Part shown: positions 1-11,530 of the stretch, piece by piece
How positions within the stretch are numbered: the first letter of the stretch is position 1
How the letters are laid out: each line of letters opens with the position of its first letter
Source: Octopus bimaculoides
Taxonomy: Eukaryota
DNA: 64,000 nucleotides
NCBI RefSeq assembly: GCF_001194135.2
Contig: NC_068986.1
Location: 28,120,583-28,184,582 of the forward strand
Direction of reading: 5' to 3'
Program-made: the position numbers and the translations under genes
The notes under the pieces: model-generated
What the model was told of the DNA's origin: nothing
What the model saw: the letters and a program-made list of their open reading frames with translations, nothing else
The model's database searches: none

Positions 1-97
1 ACACACATACACACATCCATACATCCATCCATACATACATACATACATACATATATACATGCACACAAACTTCTTGATATATAGGAATACTCATAAG

Positions 98-131
<34 letters not shown>

Positions 132-1294
132 NNNNNNNNNNNNNNNNNNNNNNNNNNNNNNNNNNNNNNNNNNNNNNNNNNNNNNNNNNNNNNNNNNNNN
201 NNNNNNNNNNNNNNNNNNNNNNNNNNNNNNNNNNNNNNNNNNNNNNNNNNNNNNNNNNNNNNNNNNNNNNNNNNNNNNNNNNNNNNNNNNNNNNNNNNNN
301 NNNNNNNNNNNNNNNNNNNNNNNNNNNNNNNNNNNNNNNNNNNNNNNNNNNNNNNNNNNNNNNNNNNNNNNNNNNNNNNNNNNNNNNNNNNNNNNNNNNN
401 NNNNNNNNNNNNNNNNNNNNNNNNNNNNNNNNNNNNNNNNNNNNNNNNNNNNNNNNNNNNNNNNNNNNNNNNNNNNNNNNNNNNNNNNNNNNNNNNNNNN
501 NNNNNNNNNNNNNNNNNNNNNNNNNNNNNNNNNNNNNNNNNNNNNNNNNNNNNNNNNNNNNNNNNNNNNNNNNNNNNNNNNNNNNNNNNNNNNNNNNNNN
601 NNNNNNNNNNNNNNNNNNNNNNNNNNNNNNNNNNNNNNNNNNNNNNNNNNNNNNNNNNNNNNNNNNNNNNNNNNNNNNNNNNNNNNNNNNNNNNNNNNNN
701 NNNNNNNNNNNNNNNNNNNNNNNNNNNNNNNNNNNNNNNNNNNNNNNNNNNNNNNNNNNNNNNNNNNNNNNNNNNNNNNNNNNNNNNNNNNNNNNNNNNN
801 NNNNNNNNNNNNNNNNNNNNNNNNNNNNNNNNNNNNNNNNNNNNNNNNNNNNNNNNNNNNNNNNNNNNNNNNNNNNNNNNNNNNNNNNNNNNNNNNNNNN
901 NNNNNNNNNNNNNNNNNNNNNNNNNNNNNNNNNNNNNNNNNNNNNNNNNNNNNNNNNNNNNNNNNNNNNNNNNNNNNNNNNNNNNNTGCACACACACACA
1001 CACACACATACACACACACACGCATATGGGTAAATATTAAAACATACGTGTATACAAACACACACATACATACACACATGCACTTACACATACACCTACA
1101 CGCTTACGCAGTCATCCTTACCTACACGTCCACACACTTCCCGATATACGGAAACGCATACACATATATTCATCATTCTAACCATGCACGCACACGCATG
1201 CATGGTTAGAATGCTTTCCTTAGAGATGCGCTGACTCCTACATACACACATACAAACATACGCTTACGTACGCATCCCTACATACATACATACA

Positions 1295-1328
<34 letters not shown>

Positions 1329-1368
1329 CATGCACACAAACTTCTTGATATATAGGAATACTCATAAG

Positions 1369-1408
<40 letters not shown>

Positions 1409-1926
1409 TATATATATGCATATATATATTACTGTACACACGCACTTCTATGCATACACAATGAGACACATGCGCATATTCATACACTTAAACATATACA
1501 TATGCAAAAAAATACACACATACATCACTGTACAGACACACACACACATACACACATTTATCCTTGTCCTCAGACACACATACAGATATAACCATACGCA
1601 CTCATCCCTATATACAGATATATAAACACAAGTTTTCTGTTTGTCTTTCTCTCTCTCAAATACACGCGCACGAATACACACGTAGAAATATGCTTTGGTT
1701 GCAAGTCTCTCCTAATCCATAAATTCAGACTTATCTTGGCTTTTCAACGAGCGGTGGCGACTTGATACGAAATAGATTCTACTGGTGGCCTTCAATATGG
1801 CAGCTGAAATACAATCAGATGTGTCTTATCATAGAAGCATGTACACAGGCAAATGCATAATATATACGCGCACATATATATATATATATATAATATACAC
1901 ATATATGTGTGTATGTGTATGTATAT

Positions 1927-1963
<37 letters not shown>

Positions 1964-2271
1964 NNNNNNNNNNTATATATATATATATATATATACATAT
2001 ATGTGTGTGTGTGTGTGTATACAGCTATATATTAATATAAATATATAAATACGCATGTGCAAACAAACGTTTATACACACTATTATAAATCAAACCCTTG
2101 TGTAAAAGCAACTGTTCAAGCGCACTCACACCTGCACACCTCTGTGTGTGTGTGTGTGTACACACACATATATTTATATATATATACATAGTACATATAT
2201 TCCTAAATATATACACATACATGTAAATACATTCATATATTCGTTTGTATGTGTGTGTATATATATATATA

Positions 2272-2311
<40 letters not shown>

Positions 2312-2881
2312 TGTGTGTGTATGTGTGTGCGTGTGTGTATGTGTGTGTGTGAATAAACTCACTATCTAGCGAAAATGTTTCTCAGCTTGAGAAAAAGTTA
2401 CGTCTAGAAATATTCTTCTAATCAACTGCTAATTTTAAACGGTATATCCAATATAATATTAACAACACTAAGAATTAACCCATACTTTAAGCTGCCTTAA
2501 TATAAATTCAAATCATCCAAGACAGTGTTGAGCTTCAGGTTTTTCTCTAAAATCGTAGCAAAGCCATTCTTGTTAATCGTCCTAAAATGTTCAAACAGAC
2601 CAATTTTGATCTTGAAAAAGAAACAAAAATTTACAGAAAGTGATAGTAGCATCGATTCTTAAAAGTGCTAGTAGATAGTAGATAGATGAGCAACTGTCGA
2701 TCTGCTGACATCATAGTATTCAAATGTTCTCCAGAGCGTTATATACAAAACTATTATAATCTATTTAAGAAAACCAAAACAACATAAAGCCGAAGAAACT
2801 GCTTGATACCTCATTTCCAAAGATTTAATTAGACCCTGAAGAACTTATGTGAATCATTTGGAGTTTACAAATGCCCTTATT

Positions 2882-3098
2882 AGGCAGTGATATGGTAGAA
2901 TTGTTAGCACGTCGGACAAAATGATAAGTGGCGTTTCTTCAGCTTTTCCCGTTCTGTGTTCAAATTCTACCAAGGTCAACTTTGCCTTTCATATCTTCGA
3001 GTTCGATAAAATAAAGTACCAATGAAGTACTGGTGTCGATATAATCAACTCCCCCCACCACCACCACCCGACACACACCTCAAAATTATCAGCCTTGA
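2882..3098 (+). mobile_element. Older, diverged SINE family A copy
   Basis: tggtagaattgttagcacg...gttcaaattc...gataaaataaagtacc. Similar diverged copies at about 3376, 18340, 25485, 43430, 43670, 60120 and 61540. Confidence 0.7.
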
Positions 3099-5049
3099 AC
3101 TCTGCGACGGATCAGCGTTCCGTTCAAGGGGAATATTGCGATCTTGGTCACTGATACGCCATGGTAACTAGGTAACCGGCCTTATGAATGAGTCCTAGGG
3201 ATCGAAAAATTAAAAGTCATTTACTTGTCGATTAATGGCATCATAAGTTACGTTATAAACTGAAATGGAAGTTTGATTTTGGAGTATTTGGCACTCTGAT
3301 TTCCTTAAAGACAGAAGTCAAAATTGTAGTAACGATAAATGCCTTTTTTAAGCGCTAATATTAATAAAGCAGTGAAGGCGGCGAGCTGGCATAATCGTTC
3401 GCACGCCAGGCAAAATACTTAGCGGCATTCCTCCTCCTCTCCTCCTCCTCCTCTCCTCCTCCTCCTCTCCTCCTCNNNNNNNNNNNNNNNNNNNNNNNNN
3501 NNNNNNNNNNNNNNNNNNNNNNNNNNNNNNNNNNNNNNNNNNNNNNNNNNNNNNNNNNNNNNNNNNNNNNNNNNNNNNNNNNNNNNNNNNNNNNNNNNNN
3601 NNNNNNNNNNNNNNNNNNNNNNNNNNNNNNNNNNNNNNNNNNNNNNNNNNNNNNNNNNNNNNNNNNNNNNNNNNNNNNNNNNNNNNNNNNNNNNNNNNNN
3701 NNNNNNNNNNNNNNNNNNNNNNNNNNNNNNNNNNNNNNNNNNNNNNNNNNNNNNNNNNNNNNNNNNNNNNNNNNNNNNNNNNNNNNNNNNNNNNNNNNNN
3801 NNNNNNNNNNNNNNNNNNNNNNNNNNNNNNNNNNNNNNNNNNNNNNNNNNNNNNNNNNNNNNNNNNNNNNNNNNNNNNNNNNNNNNNNNNNNNNNNNNNN
3901 NNNNNNNNNNNNNNNNNNNNNNNNNNNNNNNNNNNNNNNNNNNNNNNNNNNNNNNNNNNNNNNNNNNNNNNNNNNNNNNNNNNNNNNNNNNNNNNNNNNN
4001 NNNNNNNNNNNNNNNNNNNNNNNNNNNNNNNNNNNNNNNNNNNNNNNNNNNNNNNNNNNNNNNNNNNNNNNNNNNNNNNNNNNNNNNNNNNNNNNNNNNN
4101 NNNNNNNNNNNNNNNNNNNNNNNNNNNNNNNNNNNNNNNNNNNNNNNNNNNNNNNNNNNNNNNNNNNNNNNNNNNNNNNNNNNNNNNNNNNNNNNNNNNN
4201 NNNNNNNNNNNNNNNNNNNNNNNNNNNNNNNNNNNNNNNNNNNNNNNNNNNNNNNNNNNNNNNNNNNNNNNNNNNNNNNNNNNNNNNNNNNNNNNNNNNN
4301 NNNNNNNNNNNNNNNNNNNNNNNNNNNNNNNNNNNNNNNNNNNNNNNNNNNNNNNNNNNNNNNNNNNNNNNNNNNNNNNNNNNNNNNNNNNNNNNNNNNN
4401 AATAAAAGAATAGACGTATACCTAGCAGAGCTTTGTGACAAATGAATTTGCTTAAGTATCTGAAAACCTCATGGCACCTCTTGTCTTTTATCGAACAAAA
4501 AAAAAAAAAGGAAAAACAAAACAAAAAAGAAAGTCAATTTATCTTCGCCTCTCGAAAAACAATATAGCCTTTTCATACCACCAAAAAAAGAAACAAAAGA
4601 ATTCAGTCAGCAATGGCGGATTTGTAGAAATACATATCCAGTTTGGGCGCAGGAGAAATTGTAGAACGATATGTGTAATATTTAAACCAGAAGACGAGGC
4701 GATAATTGCTCCTCCTGAAGCTAAGAGCTTACCTTCTCTTAACTATGAGTTTCATGAGTGTGTTTTCTTTCAGGTAACTAAGAGATAAATCAATTTGGAT
4801 TTGTACCCGAACGCATGCGTCGCACACAAGCGAAAAAGTCAGAGTAACGATGACGTGTACCATCAACTCTGAGCGTGTGTATATGTGTATGCATACCGAC
4901 ATACATACATACATACATGCATACATACATACATACATACGTACATACATACATACATTTTCATTATCTAGATATCAAATATGGAGCTTTGTAGCTTTGC
5001 TGGAAACCAGAAGAATATAAATGATTAAAAACAGAAGCGACATTCTTTT

Positions 5050-5245
5050 ATTCTTTTATTCTTTTTACTGGTTTCGATCAACTGACTGTGGCCATGCTGG
5101 AGCACCACCTTTTAGTAGAAGAAATCGACCCCTAGAGTTATTCTTTGTAAGCCTGGTGCTTATTCTATCAGTCTCTTCTGTCGAACCACTAAGTTGCGGG
5201 AACGTAAACACACCAACATCGGTTCTCAACTGATGATGGGGGACA
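5050..5245 (-). mobile_element. SINE family B, 3' half
   Basis: ggccatgctggagcaccacc...aacaccaacatcggtt. Confidence 0.8.
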
Positions 5246-5365
5246 AACATGCATATATACATATATATATATATATACAGTTCTATATTCAAGAGATGAG
5301 GAATAATGTACATTATTTACATTATTTACATTTGACGGATGTTTATCCGCATCTTGCTTGTTGTT

Positions 5366-5411
5366 AACACAACGTTTCGGCTGATATACACACCAGCCTT
5401 CATCAGGTGTC
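5366..5411 (-). ncRNA. Minimal type-I hammerhead ribozyme (intact core, GUU site)
   Basis: Minus strand: GACAC-CUGAUGA-A-GGCUGG-uguguaua-UCAGCC-GAAAC-GUU-GUGUU. Helix I is GACAC/GUGUU, helix II is GGCUG/CAGCC, and helix III is the palindrome ACGU. Confidence 0.82.
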
Positions 5412-5555
5412 TTGCGGAAATTTCGAACCTAGGTTCTCATTCCTAAGGTGCTATTATTATTGCTCAGGTCACTGCTTGGAATCAAACTCGGAATCTTGGG
5501 GTTAGTAGCCACTACGCCATATGTCCGTGGGCAATTATGGAGTGAATTTTAGGGC

Positions 5556-5957
5556 TTATAAATATAATATTTTCCTATCCTTCCTTAATACCGGTTCCCA
5601 TATGCTACTCATATCTGCACTCGGTCTGCTCAGGAAGTTGTGTTCTAACATATTTGCTGCTGCTTTTAGTTTTTGTATTTTCCAGTGATGTTATCTGTCT
5701 ATTATTTTAACTTCATCCCACAGGGGAAGGTAGTCTCCATTTTTCCATACATTATCAGCTATACCTGATTTATCAATATCTCCTCGTGTCACAACTTTGC
5801 GATGTTCGTCTACCCTTATTTTGAAGGGGCGTCATGTTTCGCCTTTGTATTACCTACCACAGCTGCATGGGATGGAGTACACGCAGTCTTTGCTCATATT
5901 CTCTTCTATTGGTGGTTTTACTCCAAGGCGATATTTGCGAAGTGTTGTATTACACGA
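5556..5957 (-). pseudogene. GIY-YIG endonuclease domain of PLE ORF, with in-frame stops
   Basis: Manual translation; CxC zinc-knuckle linker and YxGET motif are present; three internal stop codons. Confidence 0.88.
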
Positions 5958-6005
5958 ATGGTTGTTCTATAAAGCTAATGTACTTAGAATCTAATTCGGT
6001 GGTTG

Positions 6006-6101
6006 AATTTGTCAACGAGCAGCTTAGCTTAATGGTAAAGCAGTCAACCGGTGCCTTTGAGGGACATAGGTTCGAGTCCCATGGGTGGTCGTTGACAAAT
6101 T
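6006..6101 (+). other. tRNA-like sequence (A and B boxes) closed by a 13-bp perfect terminal stem
   Basis: aatttgtcaacga ... tagcttaatggtaaagc (D-arm/A box) ... ggttcgagtcc (T-arm/B box) ... tcgttgacaaatt. The anticodon arm is non-canonical, so this is not a functional tRNA. Confidence 0.6.
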
Positions 6102-6209
6102 TTTCCGCCTTGTAAAGTTAATTTATCCAGTATTTTTGTTGTTCTAACGGCAACTCTTGAGTTCGAAAAAATACCATCTTGTTTGTATATATAAAGTGAA
6201 AACAAGCAA

Positions 6210-6304
6210 TGATGACATTTTGTCGAATTGGAAAGCTCTAGTCGTAAATTAGCGACTGAATCTGGAAGATGTGTTTAATAGTGAATAACACAGGCACACA
6301 TATG

Positions 6305-6348
<44 letters not shown>

Positions 6349-6442
6349 TACTCATACAGACACAGGGTAAAAATTGATAATTAGTAATTTTACCAAGTAG
6401 CTCGGTGTGTTAAAAAAATATATGTATGTATATATATGTTAA

Positions 6443-6474
<32 letters not shown>

Positions 6475-6574
6475 ATGTTCATATATGTGCCTGTGTTATT
6501 CACTATTAAACATATCTTCCAGATTCAGTCGCTAATTTACGACTAGTGCTTTCCAATTCGACAAAATATCATCA
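6210..6574. repeat. Foldback: about 100-bp inverted repeat arms (6210-6310 and 6474-6574) around a TA-rich spacer
   Basis: The arms are reverse complements with 4 mismatches by manual alignment; both arms begin at a TGATGA motif. Confidence 0.9.
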
Positions 6575-7400
6575 GGTGGTGTAAAGGCGGTCTCGACCCA
6601 AACAACAAAATCCTTCAGATAGCAGGTCAATAGCGAAGACTTGCCACTGTCTATCTTATCTTAGTTTCAAGCTCTGTACCTCCCGCTTTTTCTAGCGCCG
6701 GCAAGATATTCCTTCTGCTACAATGGCCCATATTACTTCAAAGTTTTTAAACTTTTATCACAGACAAACTTGCTGCTTACTCAAATCAAAACAACAGCAG
6801 CAGCAGTGACAACAATAATAACAATAACAACATCAGTCTGTTAGAGTGATATTTCTCTTTCTATCATTATGCAACCTTTCATTTCAATTTCGTGGATTGA
6901 ATTTTCAAAAGTTATCGTGTATCGTCTGGTTCATGCATTTTCCATGGTGTGAAGAGATGACTGCGTGTTAAACGAAAATATGAAAAGACACAAAGCGTTC
7001 TTTTCAACGATATTTTTTTTTCCTCTGGTTTTAGAATTTGAAAAGTTTTTCGTTCAATCTTTTAGATTGGGGCGTTGTCAATCAAGATTCACGCTTTCTG
7101 TTAAATATCCTGGCCACTATTGTTGTGTATATATTTCTTTTGTGTGTGGCAACCATTATTCCTTATTTCCTTTGAAAATGTGGATACAAACACATTTACA
7201 CATGTAATGTACACATACACACATACACATACACAGATGAATAGATATATATATATATACACATACATATATACACACACATACATACATACATACATAC
7301 NNNNNNNNNNNNNNNNNNNNNNNNNNNNNNNNNNNNNNNNNNNNNNNNNNNNNNNNNNNNNNNNNNNNNNNNNNNNNNNNNNNNNNNNNNNNNNNNNNNN

Positions 7401-7660
7401 TTGCCGAACCGCTCGGTTACGAGAACGTAAACATACCAATACCGGTTGTCAAGTGGTGGTGGTGGGTGGGACAAACACAGATACAAGGACAAACACACAC
7501 ATACATACGACGGGTGTTTTTCAGTTTTTGCCTACCAAATCCACTCACAAGACTTTGAACGTCCCGAAGCCATAGAAAATAACATTTGCCCAAGCTGCTA
7601 CGCAGTGGGACTGAATCCGGAACCATGTGGTTAGGAGACAAACTTCTTACCACAAGGCCA
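7401..7660 (-). mobile_element. SINE family B, 3' end lost in gap
   Basis: Matches the family B head and middle; short internal CA repeat. Confidence 0.8.
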
Positions 7661-7732
7661 CATTACATTACTTACAGCAACTTACGTTCTGCGTTCAAAT
7701 CCTGTTAGAGTCTACTTTGAACTCCGCCCGTC

Positions 7733-8540
7733 TATGATTGTGAAAAAACCTTCTCTAAACCCGAGCTCCTCAAACAGAAGGATATGGTGACTGTTTGGTG
7801 GGGTACTGCTGGACTCATCCACAATAACTTCTTAGAACTCGGAAAAACCATTGCTACAGAAACATATTGCCATGAAATTGCCAAAATGAACTGCAACTCC
7901 CCCATCTCAGACTGGTCAAAAGAAGAGAGCCAGTCATTCTTCATGACAATGTTCAACCACATGTTTTACTAACGACGCTCCAGAAGTTGAGGGAATTTGG
8001 CTACAAAGTCCTTCCCCACCCAGCTCATTCTCCAGACCTTTCTCCTACCGACTTTTTCAAGCACCTTGATTGTTTCCTGCGAGAGTAGGAATTCAAAAAT
8101 CAAACAGATGCTGAAAGTGTGTTCAAAGAGTTCATCAACTCCAGAACTCCAGATTTTTATGTTACCAGAATAAACAAACTTGTAACTCGTTGGCAAAAAT
8201 GTGTTAATTCTTTTCTAATCTAGGCACGATGCCCGAAATTTTGGGGGAGTTGGCCAGTTAATTAGATCGACCCGAGTACGTAACAGGTACTTAATTTATC
8301 GACCCCAAAATGATGAAAGGCAAAATCGACCTCGGCGGAATTTGAACCCAGGACGTAACGGCTGACGAAATATTGTTAAGCATTTCGCCCGGCGTGCTAA
8401 CGTTTCTGCCAGTTCGCTGCAGTTTATAATGTGTTAATTGTAATGATACTTACTTTGATGAATAAGATTTCCACATTGTTTAAATATATTGTGATGAATT
8501 TCATGTTCCAAAACGTTGCTTATTTTTTACTTAGCCTGAT
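7733..8540 (+). mobile_element. Mariner (cecropia subfamily, Hsmar1-like) transposon relic, 5' truncated, with 3' TIR
   Basis: Translation: KPELLKQKDMVTVWWGTAGLIH...(frameshift near 7900)...ILHDNVQPHV...LPHPAHSPDLSPTDFFKHLD...INKLVTRWQKCVN [SINE] CNDTYFDE*. The 3' end ttccaaaacgttgcttattttttacttagcctgat resembles a mariner 3' UTR/TIR. Confidence 0.93.
8210..8427 (-). mobile_element. SINE family A (tail type 2) inserted in the mariner ORF
   Basis: tRNA-like head with A box and B box (GTTCAAAT); 12-bp TSD aatgtgttaatt at 8198-8209 and 8428-8439. Confidence 0.92.
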
Positions 8541-8549
8541 GTATGTATG

Positions 8550-8580
<31 letters not shown>

Positions 8581-8634
8581 GTATGTATGTGTGTACGTAT
8601 GTATGTGCGCGCGCGCGTGTATGTGTGTGTACAT

Positions 8635-8852
8635 GTGTCTGTATTTGCGGTAGTTCCCACACGCTGCTTGACAACCGGACTGAGTTTGCATACGTACTCG
8701 TAGCTTAACGGTTCGACAAAAGAAACTGATAGAATAAGTATCAGACATTAAAAAAAAACTAAAGTACTCGGGTCGATTCCTTCGACTAAACTCTTCAAGT
8801 CGGTGCACCAGCATGGCTGCAATTCAATAACTAAAGCAAGTAAGATATAAAA
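8635..8852 (+). mobile_element. SINE family B, 3' half
   Basis: cttgacaaccgg...gatagaataagta...cagcatggctgc. Confidence 0.75.
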
Positions 8853-9732
8853 AAAAGAAAATAGATGAGATGCAAACGTGATTTCTCTGAAATCTTTGGC
8901 AAAATCGTATTATCGTTTTGATAATCGTATTTCAACGTCGACTCAGTAACAGTTGCTGTTTAACCCCAGGTCAGTTCAGAGTGAGCGTTCTTATGATCAA
9001 AAGACATTCAAATAGGGACCTAGAATANNNNNNNNNNNNNNNNNNNNNNNNNNNNNNNNNNNNNNNNNNNNNNNNNNNNNNNNNNNNNNNNNNNNNNNNN
9101 NNNNNNNNNNNNNNNNNNNNNNNNNNNNNNNNNNNNNNNNNNNNNNNNNNNNNNNNNNNNNNNNNNNNNNNNNNNNNNNNNNNNNNNNNNNNNNNNNNNN
9201 NNNNNNNNNNNNNNNNNNNNNNNNNNNNNNNNNNNNNNNNNNNNNNNNNNNNNNNNNNNNNNNNNNNNNNNNNNNNNNNNNNNNNNNNNNNNNNNNNNNN
9301 NNNNNNNNNNNNNNNNNNNNNNNNNNNNNNNNNNNNNNNNNNNNNNNNNNNNNNNNNNNNNNNNNNNNNNNNNNNNNNNNNNNNNNNNNNNNNNNNNNNN
9401 NNNNNNNNNNNNNNNNNNNNNNNNNNNNNNNNNNNNNNNNNNNNNNNNNNNNNNNNNNNNNNNNNNNNNNNNNNNNNNNNNNNNNNNNNNNNNNNNNNNN
9501 NNNNNNNNNNNNNNNNNNNNNNNNNNNNNNNNNNNNNNNNNNNNNNNNNNNNNNNNNNNNNNNNNNNNNNNNNNNNNNNNNNNNNNNNNNNNNNNNNNNN
9601 NNNNNNNNNNNNNNNNNNNNNNNNNNNNNNNNNNNNNNNNNNNNNNNNNNNNNNNNNNNNNNNNNNNNNNNNNNNNNNNNNNNNNNNNNNNNNNNNNNNN
9701 NNNNNNNNNNNNNNNNNNNNNNNNNNNNNNNN

Positions 9733-9789
<57 letters not shown>

Positions 9790-9948
9790 CATAACAGATA
9801 CACACGCATACATATATAATATGCATGTATGTATATGTATATTAGTTTACATACGTGGCAGTGCATACGTATATTTACATACATATGTACGTTCATATAA
9901 TGTGTGTGCGTGAGAGAAGGAGAAAGAGAAGGAGAGTGGGAGGGAGTT

Positions 9949-9983
<35 letters not shown>

Positions 9984-10100
9984 ACGTATATACATCTGTC
10001 TGTGTCGGTAGCATGGATATATATATATATCTCTGTTAAGTTATGTCTGATATTGTGTGCGAAATTGTGTATTTGCACAGGAATACGCAAATACACGCAG

Positions 10101-10143
<43 letters not shown>

Positions 10144-11264
10144 CGTGTGTGTGTGTGTGTATGTGTGTGTGTGTTTGTGTGTGTGTGTGTACTGAAATGT
10201 AATAAGTCTAATATTAACTATGTATGAATTTATGTGTTTATATATGCACGTATTTGTATGAGAAATATGGCTGTNNNNNNNNNNNNNNNNNNNNNNNNNN
10301 NNNNNNNNNNNNNNNNNNNNNNNNNNNNNNNNNNNNNNNNNNNNNNNNNNNNNNNNNNNNNNNNNNNNNNNNNNNNNNNNNNNNNNNNNNNNNNNNNNNN
10401 NNNNNNNNNNNNNNNNNNNNNNNNNNNNNNNNNNNNNNNNNNNNNNNNNNNNNNNNNNNNNNNNNNNNNNNNNNNNNNNNNNNNNNNNNNNNNNNNAAGT
10501 TGGGTTCATTCTTGACAGCACACCGACTCTTAACAATGGCAACAGTAGCCGCAGCAGTATAATCAAATACAAGCAAAACCACCACCGCCATCACCACCAC
10601 CGCCATCACCACCACCGCCATCACCACCACCGCTGCAGCCGCCGCCACCACCACTACCACCACAGCAACAACAACAACAACTGTTACAACAACAACAACA
10701 ATAATAACAATAACAAATTTGCTGGCGACATTATCAATAAGCACAACCCAATATTGTTCAGAACTGGTGCAAGCAGATGAAATAAAGAATTTCTAGGCAA
10801 AGCTCTTCAAATCCAAATGCAAATATGTTTAAGCCTCTCAACAAAAGGAGTTCAGATGTAGATAAGGGAGATAATTATCATTACTGCCACTGATGCTATA
10901 ACCACGAACTCTCTAATAATCGGCGTATATGTATATGTACTTATATGTGTGTAATATATTATATATACACATATTCAAATGAATGTGGGAGTATAGCTTC
11001 ACGTTTGAAAGTCGTGTTTTCTGTGTGTATTTATTCTTTTATTTATTTCACTGGTTTCAGTCACTAGACTGTGGCCATGCTGTAACACCACCTTCAAGCG
11101 TCTATGCAGACATAATATATGCTTGTATATAGCAGAAACAATTGCTGTTTATACATAGTAAATAAATTTGATGCCAAACGGATTTGATCTCACAGATGGT
11201 ATATAAACTTTGTTCAAACATATAACAAGCATATAAACAGATCATAATGTATCTTCCTTTCTAC

Positions 11265-11530
11265 CTATCATCTGGTCGAGCTTGCTCAGACAATTTTAAC
11301 CCACTCACGCTATTCGTCTCGGCCTTGCATTAGTTGAGAGAAGTCTTCGGGGAGGCATCTAGTGTTTCTGATGAGTTGATCTGCATACGTTGTGGTCGGA
11401 TGACCTGCTCGACTGCGGCCATGCTTTGGCATCCGTAGCAGTCGGTCCCTTACCAGCTCTTGTTTAGGTCGCCAGTAATGTCCCGCAAAGTGTAAGCGCC
11501 TTTCCTTTACAATAGTGACCTCCATACAAC
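11265..11530 (-). mobile_element. RTE-clade LINE, C-terminal fragment
   Basis: ERRLHFAGHYWRPKQELVRDRLLRMPKHGRSRAGHPTTTYADQL...LMQGRDE matches the RTE C-terminal pattern RRLRFAGH...GRP..TY.DQL...M.DR. Confidence 0.85.

Larger units (their letters stand above)
5290..5960 (-). mobile_element. Penelope-like element, 3' part: GIY-YIG endonuclease relic plus pseudo-LTR with Pol III-like boxes and hammerhead
   Basis: Minus-strand translation 5957->5556 reads SCNTTLRKYRLGVKPPIEENMSKDCVYSIPCSCGR*YKGET*RPFKIRVDEHRK...KSGIADNVW...WDEVKIIDR*HHWKIQKLK, the typical PLE GIY-YIG pattern (VYxIPCxCG-x-YxGET-x-R...EH). It is followed by a hammerhead motif and a short tandem 3' tail (taaataatg repeats, about 5312-5333). 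Confidence 0.9.

Noticed and set aside
4471-4788. 105-aa ORF
   Set aside because: The N-terminus derives from poly-A tracts; no recognisable homology.
6019-6088. Functional tRNA gene
   Set aside because: The anticodon arm and acceptor pairing are non-canonical; kept only as tRNA-like.
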